64,000 nt of DNA from Escherichia phage Bp4, in the sequence record NC_024142.2; one strand, given 5' to 3'. How positions within the stretch are numbered: position 1 is the first letter of the stretch; each line of letters opens with the position of its first letter. Below the pieces are notes generated by a model that saw nothing but the letters and a program-made list of their open reading frames with translations, made no database searches and had not been told where the DNA came from. The translations under genes and the position numbers were made by a program. Of the stretch, positions 59,549 to 64,000 are shown one piece after another.

Positions 59549-59934
59549 GAGAAGGTTCCCCAGTAGATATAGTCATCTCCCAGAATAGGCTTCCAGGCTT
59601 CGTCAAACATGACATTGCCTGTAGCATTGGCAAACATAGGAGCAATATCTTCATCCTTATAACCAGCTAATCCACAACCAATACGTGTTACTTTAAAGTC
59701 CCACTCTGGGTGGGCTGCTGCGTATAGAATGAAGGATGCTACGAATGTCTTAATGTCCTTTAACGGCATAGTCTTGATTGACTGGTCTTTGGTTGGGATT
59801 GCATAGCTGCAACCATAATGGCCTACGCCCATACCCCAACGAGCACCATGCTTCTTATATGCAACTTTCGCTGCACCAGCGCCGTGACGTCCTGCTAAAT
59901 TACTTCCGAATACGAAGATTTCTTTCATTTGCAC
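59545..59934 (-). CDS. hypothetical protein with Gly-rich nucleotide-binding-like motif
   Basis: FVFGSNLAGRHGAGAAKVA and GCSYAIPTKD motifs; 129 aa. Confidence 0.4.
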   Translation of the reverse strand: MQMKEIFVFGSNLAGRHGAGAAKVAYKKHGARWGMGVGHYGCSYAIPTKDQSIKTMPLKDIKTFVASFILYAAAHPEWDFKVTRIGCGLAGYKDEDIAPMFANATGNVMFDEAWKPILGDDYIYWGTFS

Positions 59935-60105
59935 AATTTCCTGTTGTAGTTGTAAGCCTCTTGTTGAGTCATACTTGTATTAGCATGAGTTAGCTCCAAA
60001 TACGTCAGAGCATATTCATGTCACGCTGTTCCTTCTTGGTTCGGCAATGACCACATTTACCATCCCATTGGGATACATGGCCTTTACCACATTTGCATTG
60101 TTTGT

Positions 60106-60369
60106 TCATTTAAAAGTACTCCATGGTATGGACTCCAAGTAATTAATTTTGTAAATAATCTTACTTCTTATTTCTCCACCAACATCTTGTACATGGATTA
60201 GGTTTAACCTTTGTGCTTGGGTTATAGTAGCTGCAAGAGTTCTCCCCATAATATTTGATATTTCTATAAAAGATTTATTGGATTCTACTAGTATCTTTAA
60301 ATTAGTATTATCTAAGTTACTCCACTCTTTAGAATGATTTGCTGGCTTATCCATTAGGATTCTCCACAA
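60106..60369 (-). CDS. hypothetical early protein
   Basis: 87-aa ORF. Confidence 0.4.
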   Translation of the reverse strand: MWRILMDKPANHSKEWSNLDNTNLKILVESNKSFIEISNIMGRTLAATITQAQRLNLIHVQDVGGEIRSKIIYKINYLESIPWSTFK

Positions 60370-60727
60370 AATAGTTATACATAGCTTTTACTAGTTTCTC
60401 TTTAATAACCTCACCATGACAAGGTTTCGGATAACAGAAGCACTGTAAGGCTAACCCTTTTTCGTCAATGGCTTTATTACCCAGACGATTAAGTTCATCC
60501 AGTACAACTGGATTCTTTCTCATTATTTGCTCATTAAGCCATACTCGATACTTGGCTATAACCTGTTCTCTTGAACCGTCTTTACCAATAACGAATGGAT
60601 TGCCTAATGGTGAGCCACGTCCAATATACTCACCGGATTTACCGTGATGTTTATTAACAATGTTAATTGGACGGGCAGATACACCTAGTAAAGCATTGGT
60701 GTCATCACCTAAAGAGATAATCTTCAT
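60347..60727 (-). CDS. hypothetical protein (DUF4326-like motif pattern)
   Basis: GRGSPLGNPF and CFCYPKPCHGE motifs; 126 aa. Confidence 0.4.
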   Translation of the reverse strand: MKIISLGDDTNALLGVSARPINIVNKHHGKSGEYIGRGSPLGNPFVIGKDGSREQVIAKYRVWLNEQIMRKNPVVLDELNRLGNKAIDEKGLALQCFCYPKPCHGEVIKEKLVKAMYNYFVENPNG

Positions 60728-61038
60728 GGTTTAAGTACCTGGAATGGGAATACAGGACGTTTACTACGCCACTGGTTCATAGCTAATTCACTAGTTTCAG
60801 AACCATCATGTAAGTCATAGATAAATGAGATTACATAGTCTGGTTCTTCCGGGAAGTTCTCTATAGAGAACGGTAGACCTGATTCTTTAAGGATGGTAAC
60901 CAGTGGTGATTCAGCATTACAGTAAAGGGTAAACTCTTCATTGAATGCTTGGCTTGTCTGAGATACATAATCAATATTACGCATCATCTTATCTACATCA
61001 GTAAACGTAGAATCATGGATTACTAGAATAGTTTTCAT
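60724..61038 (-). CDS. hypothetical early protein
   Basis: 104-aa ORF; overlapping start/stop with neighbours. Confidence 0.4.
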   Translation of the reverse strand: MKTILVIHDSTFTDVDKMMRNIDYVSQTSQAFNEEFTLYCNAESPLVTILKESGLPFSIENFPEEPDYVISFIYDLHDGSETSELAMNQWRSKRPVFPFQVLKP

Positions 61039-61226
61039 ACTGGCTCCCTGCCTGTAAATGCTACTACTTTTCCTGACATATTCCGTAGGGTTACCTGTGC
61101 TGAGTTAACATCAGCAAATTGCTCTGCAACCCAGTTAAGCATCTCAGGGTCATTATTTAATTGTTTGTTAATCACAGTTTTACTGTCTGCTGTTACTAAA
61201 GTGATTTCATAATTTTCAATATTCAT
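61035..61226 (-). CDS. hypothetical small protein
   Basis: 63-aa ORF. Confidence 0.35.
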   Translation of the reverse strand: MNIENYEITLVTADSKTVINKQLNNDPEMLNWVAEQFADVNSAQVTLRNMSGKVVAFTGREPV

Positions 61227-61480
61227 GCTACTTTCTCCAGCGTTAGGTAAACGTTATTATTGACAATACTCAAATCACAAAAACCAATCTCTTCTTGTCT
61301 CCCAGAGGATACCCAGATATTGTTTTCTGTTAGCTTAGGTTTTTTAGAGAATCCTATTAGTGAGGTATTAGCACTCTTATATTGACGAGGTAGTAATGCT
61401 ATATACTTAACCCAGTGAGGCACTTGAATAGTATGCTTCATATATTCCACAGTCTTGCCTGTAGGATATGCAATAATCAT
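61223..61480 (-). CDS. hypothetical early protein
   Basis: 85-aa ORF. Confidence 0.4.
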   Translation of the reverse strand: MIIAYPTGKTVEYMKHTIQVPHWVKYIALLPRQYKSANTSLIGFSKKPKLTENNIWVSSGRQEEIGFCDLSIVNNNVYLTLEKVA

Positions 61481-61698
61481 TTCTGATACCCCTGTATATA
61501 GTTAATACGGCGAATACGTTGAGTAGATGCTTTAACAGCCATCTGTTGATTCTCTTCTTTATGCTGATTATTCAGCACCTTATCCCATTCTTTCTGATTC
61601 CGTTGTTTCTGTAATATACGACTACACTTCTTATGATTAGCAACTCCTCTTCCTTTATTGCAAATTGGGCAAATACCATAATTAGTGCTGAACAACAT
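61477..61698 (-). CDS. small zinc-ribbon-like protein
   Basis: CPICNKGRGVANHKKC Cys pattern; 73 aa. Confidence 0.4.
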   Translation of the reverse strand: MLFSTNYGICPICNKGRGVANHKKCSRILQKQRNQKEWDKVLNNQHKEENQQMAVKASTQRIRRINYIQGYQK

Positions 61699-61703
61699 TT
61701 TGT

Positions 61704-61934
61704 TTATTCCTTAGTAATGTGATTGGCAGTATAGAAGTCATTAATCTCTGATTGGGTAGTATCAGCATAACCGGATACACCGGTTTCTTTATTAACCCAT
61801 TTATCGAAGCACTCACTGTGTCCATGTGTACTAACTTTTACCCATGTACTGGTTCCAAAGAATGTTTTTTTCTCTACTTCTGCACCAATACCACGTTCAT
61901 TATCTGCAAAGCGTATTACCTTATATTTAGCCAT
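61704..61934 (-). CDS. hypothetical early protein
   Basis: 76-aa ORF. Confidence 0.4.
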   Translation of the reverse strand: MAKYKVIRFADNERGIGAEVEKKTFFGTSTWVKVSTHGHSECFDKWVNKETGVSGYADTTQSEINDFYTANHITKE

Positions 61935-62235
61935 TTAATGCCTCCATTAATATTTTACGAATAACGTTAACATCAGACTCTGTACCAATTAAGCCAACAG
62001 GCTTGCCTGTACTATCTGTTACAAAGGATGCAATCCTTTCCATCTCTGCTGTAATTAGTTTGTCCCCACTAATAAGACGATTACGGAGGTAAGCTTCATA
62101 AGCTACCTCTACATCTTCTACTGTGGTTCTTTCATTACGAGTGAATGGATTACTTAATTGAAAGGGTAAGTGGATACGGATATTCCTGTCAGCTATCTTA
62201 GCTGATTGAGGAAGTATACAAACAATTTCATTCAA
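61927..62235 (-). CDS. hypothetical early protein
   Basis: 102-aa ORF. Confidence 0.4.
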   Translation of the reverse strand: MNEIVCILPQSAKIADRNIRIHLPFQLSNPFTRNERTTVEDVEVAYEAYLRNRLISGDKLITAEMERIASFVTDSTGKPVGLIGTESDVNVIRKILMEALNG

Positions 62236-62426
62236 GGTTATTTCTCCTATTTAAATACATATCTAACTATTCAGGAATAAAAAATAGAAGCCCTCCTAAT
62301 GGAGGACTCCTAGTTACTTGATACATGAATGGTTGAAGGTAACAATCTTACGTACTGGTTCAGACGTCTGTTTCTTAGCAACCAGACGTTCTTTCATCTT
62401 TTGCACGTCTTCTCTGGTTCCCATGA

Positions 62427-62609
62427 TTAATGATTTACGCATGATTTAGTACTCCACATAAAGTTAAAAGGTTTATTCTTACGTACAATTCTTACAACCA
62501 TTTGATAGCCATTGAGTTGTACAACACCATAGTGTCGTTTCTGTACACCAGTGTGATACCTACGAAAGATACATTCTTCAATGGCATCATCTATGTTAGT
62601 GAATATCAC
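62427..62609 (-). CDS. hypothetical small protein
   Basis: 60-aa ORF. Confidence 0.3.
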   Translation of the reverse strand: MIFTNIDDAIEECIFRRYHTGVQKRHYGVVQLNGYQMVVRIVRKNKPFNFMWSTKSCVNH

Positions 62610-62794
62610 TGGTTCCTCTTTGCAAACTCTTCTGCTTGTTGCTTGTAGTACTGAGTCATTGCTTTCTTGTGTTTAATACTAGCAATGAGACACTCGATAG
62701 TAACGAATGGCAGTTTAGCAATAAGCAACCATTTATGACGTAACTTCCAACCCAGAAAGTAGAAGATTACACAGAAAGCGATGAAGTCTAACAT
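62606..62794 (-). CDS. small membrane protein
   Basis: 62 aa with hydrophobic helix. Confidence 0.35.
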   Translation of the reverse strand: MLDFIAFCVIFYFLGWKLRHKWLLIAKLPFVTIECLIASIKHKKAMTQYYKQQAEEFAKRNQ

Positions 62795-62896
62795 GGTTAA
62801 TTCCTCTTCTAATATAAATCTATATCTATCTGGTTACTGTTTCAGTACCCTTCGTCTAAAGATACTCAAAAAGTAGAAATAGCTTATCGTCTAGTT

Positions 62897-62926
62897 AAAA
62901 ATAAAAGACTCCCCGAAGGGAGTCTA
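62897..62926 (-). terminator. intrinsic terminator (minus-strand sense)
   Basis: Hairpin AGACTCCC-CGAA-GGGAGTCT followed on the minus strand by TTTTATTTTT. Confidence 0.55.
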
Positions 62927-62934
62927 TTGGTTGA

Positions 62935-63408
62935 TTAGAAAGTCAGTTTACGAGCATATTTATTCTCGTCTGCTGGGATGTCAGCAGCCTCTGCTTTCAC
63001 ACGACGAAGTTGAACTTGCAGGTTTATGATACCTTCTTCACCTGGTTCCAGGTTCTGAGCATACTCAATTAACTGTTCCAGCAAGTCGTTCTGTGCACAA
63101 CGCATAGCACGGAAGTCAGCATTGCTGCTGTTAGTAGGCAGCGGTTCCTGAGTATCCAGTGGAATACCAGTAGGCAGAGAGATGAATTTCTCATCATCAG
63201 AGCCTTCATTAGCTACATAACCAATGTTCAACCAGAACTGAGCTTTTGGTTTATCAGTTTTAGCAGTGGTAGCAGCAGCGTTAGATTGACCGAAAGTGAA
63301 TTTTTGAATAGCCATTTTGTACTCTCCAGATTTATGTGATTTACGGGTGAACTCGTCGGTGAGAACACCCAAACAAAGGGATAAAAGTTCAATGATTAGT
63401 GGATGCAT
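62935..63408 (-). CDS. hypothetical early protein
   Basis: 157-aa ORF starting about 15 nt downstream of a hairpin promoter candidate. Confidence 0.45.
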   Translation of the reverse strand: MHPLIIELLSLCLGVLTDEFTRKSHKSGEYKMAIQKFTFGQSNAAATTAKTDKPKAQFWLNIGYVANEGSDDEKFISLPTGIPLDTQEPLPTNSSNADFRAMRCAQNDLLEQLIEYAQNLEPGEEGIINLQVQLRRVKAEAADIPADENKYARKLTF

Positions 63409-63421
63409 TTACATCATCCAT

Positions 63422-63438
63422 AAGACGCGGAGCGTCTT
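63422..63438 (-). promoter_or_regulatory. hairpin promoter candidate (N4 vRNAP-type), AAGACGC-GGA-GCGTCTT
   Basis: 7-bp stem with 3-nt GGA loop on the template (plus) strand, immediately upstream of the gene starting at 63408. Confidence 0.5.
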
Positions 63439-63533
63439 GGTTTTTAGAAGTAGAAGTAAAGTAGATAGTTATCTACTTTTGACTATCTATCTAATGTTCA
63501 AAACAGGAGACTCCGAAGAGCCTCCCAGGTGAC

Positions 63534-63857
63534 TTAGTCTTTAGTCAGGATGTCGATTACTTTGGAATATTCTGCGTTATAGATACGAGCGTTCTCTGAA
63601 TCCTTGCAGAATTCCTCGATACTTTTCTTACGCAGAGTCTCAGTCATAGCTGTTTCCTCTGCCAGTTTATTAACAAAGGTATGCATTTCTAATTTAGTAC
63701 GAATGGCTTGTTTCTCTGCCATAGTACTTACATATGAATTAAGCATACCTACTGCTTTAGTTGCTGTACCGAAGGTATCTGCAACAGTAGTAGCAGCTGA
63801 GTTAACAGTACCAAGTAAAGTTCCTGCGGTCATACGTACAGTAGCTTGAGTAGTCAT
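63534..63857 (-). CDS. hypothetical early protein
   Basis: 107-aa ORF, Ala/Thr-rich helical protein. Confidence 0.4.
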   Translation of the reverse strand: MTTQATVRMTAGTLLGTVNSAATTVADTFGTATKAVGMLNSYVSTMAEKQAIRTKLEMHTFVNKLAEETAMTETLRKKSIEEFCKDSENARIYNAEYSKVIDILTKD

Positions 63858-63899
63858 GATGATAGCTCCAATAGTTGATGATAGGACGACATGTCCATA

Positions 63900-63914
63900 A
63901 CATGCGGAGCATGT
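63900..63914 (-). promoter_or_regulatory. hairpin promoter candidate (N4 vRNAP-type), ACATGC-GGA-GCATGT
   Basis: 6-bp stem, GGA loop, same GCGGAGC core; about 45 nt upstream of the gene starting at 63857. Confidence 0.45.
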
Positions 63915-64000
63915 GTAACGTGTAAGGTGGGGTAGGGTAGTGGCTACACCGTCAACATACCGGGGGGGATGGTTGAGTGTAAGGGTGTAGCCCCAGCCAC

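Noticed and set aside
1-64000. CRISPR array, integrase or prophage attachment site
   Set aside because: No regularly spaced direct repeats, no tyrosine or serine recombinase-like ORF and no flanking bacterial genes were seen; the window is consistent with a lytic phage genome.

Overview
This window reads as most of an N4-like podophage genome (Schitoviridae-type). The call rests on a single 3576-aa ORF (16355..27085) matching the giant virion RNA polymerase of N4-like phages, plus gene order and motifs read by eye; no database search was run. The plus strand (1..27.1 kb) carries a late structural and lysis module: a 5'-truncated tail fiber/tailspike-like gene, holin, GH108 endolysin, Rz with embedded Rz1, portal, scaffold-like protein, major capsid protein, several virion proteins and the vRNAP. 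A 1.8-kb non-coding stretch (28.2..30.0 kb) holds one cleanly folding tRNA and several tRNA-like elements. The minus strand (64 kb down to 27 kb) carries early genes, a split T7-like RNAP II, nucleotide metabolism genes, rIIA-like, helicase, family A DNA polymerase, two HNH-AP2 homing endonucleases, primase-like, SSB-like and RuvC-like genes. The most notable observations are three template-strand hairpins with an identical GCGGAGC core just upstream of minus-strand gene starts, and several conserved genes (DNA polymerase, AAA ATPase, rIIA-like, a virion protein) broken by -1 frame changes. No CRISPR array, integrase or recognisable defence operon was seen.
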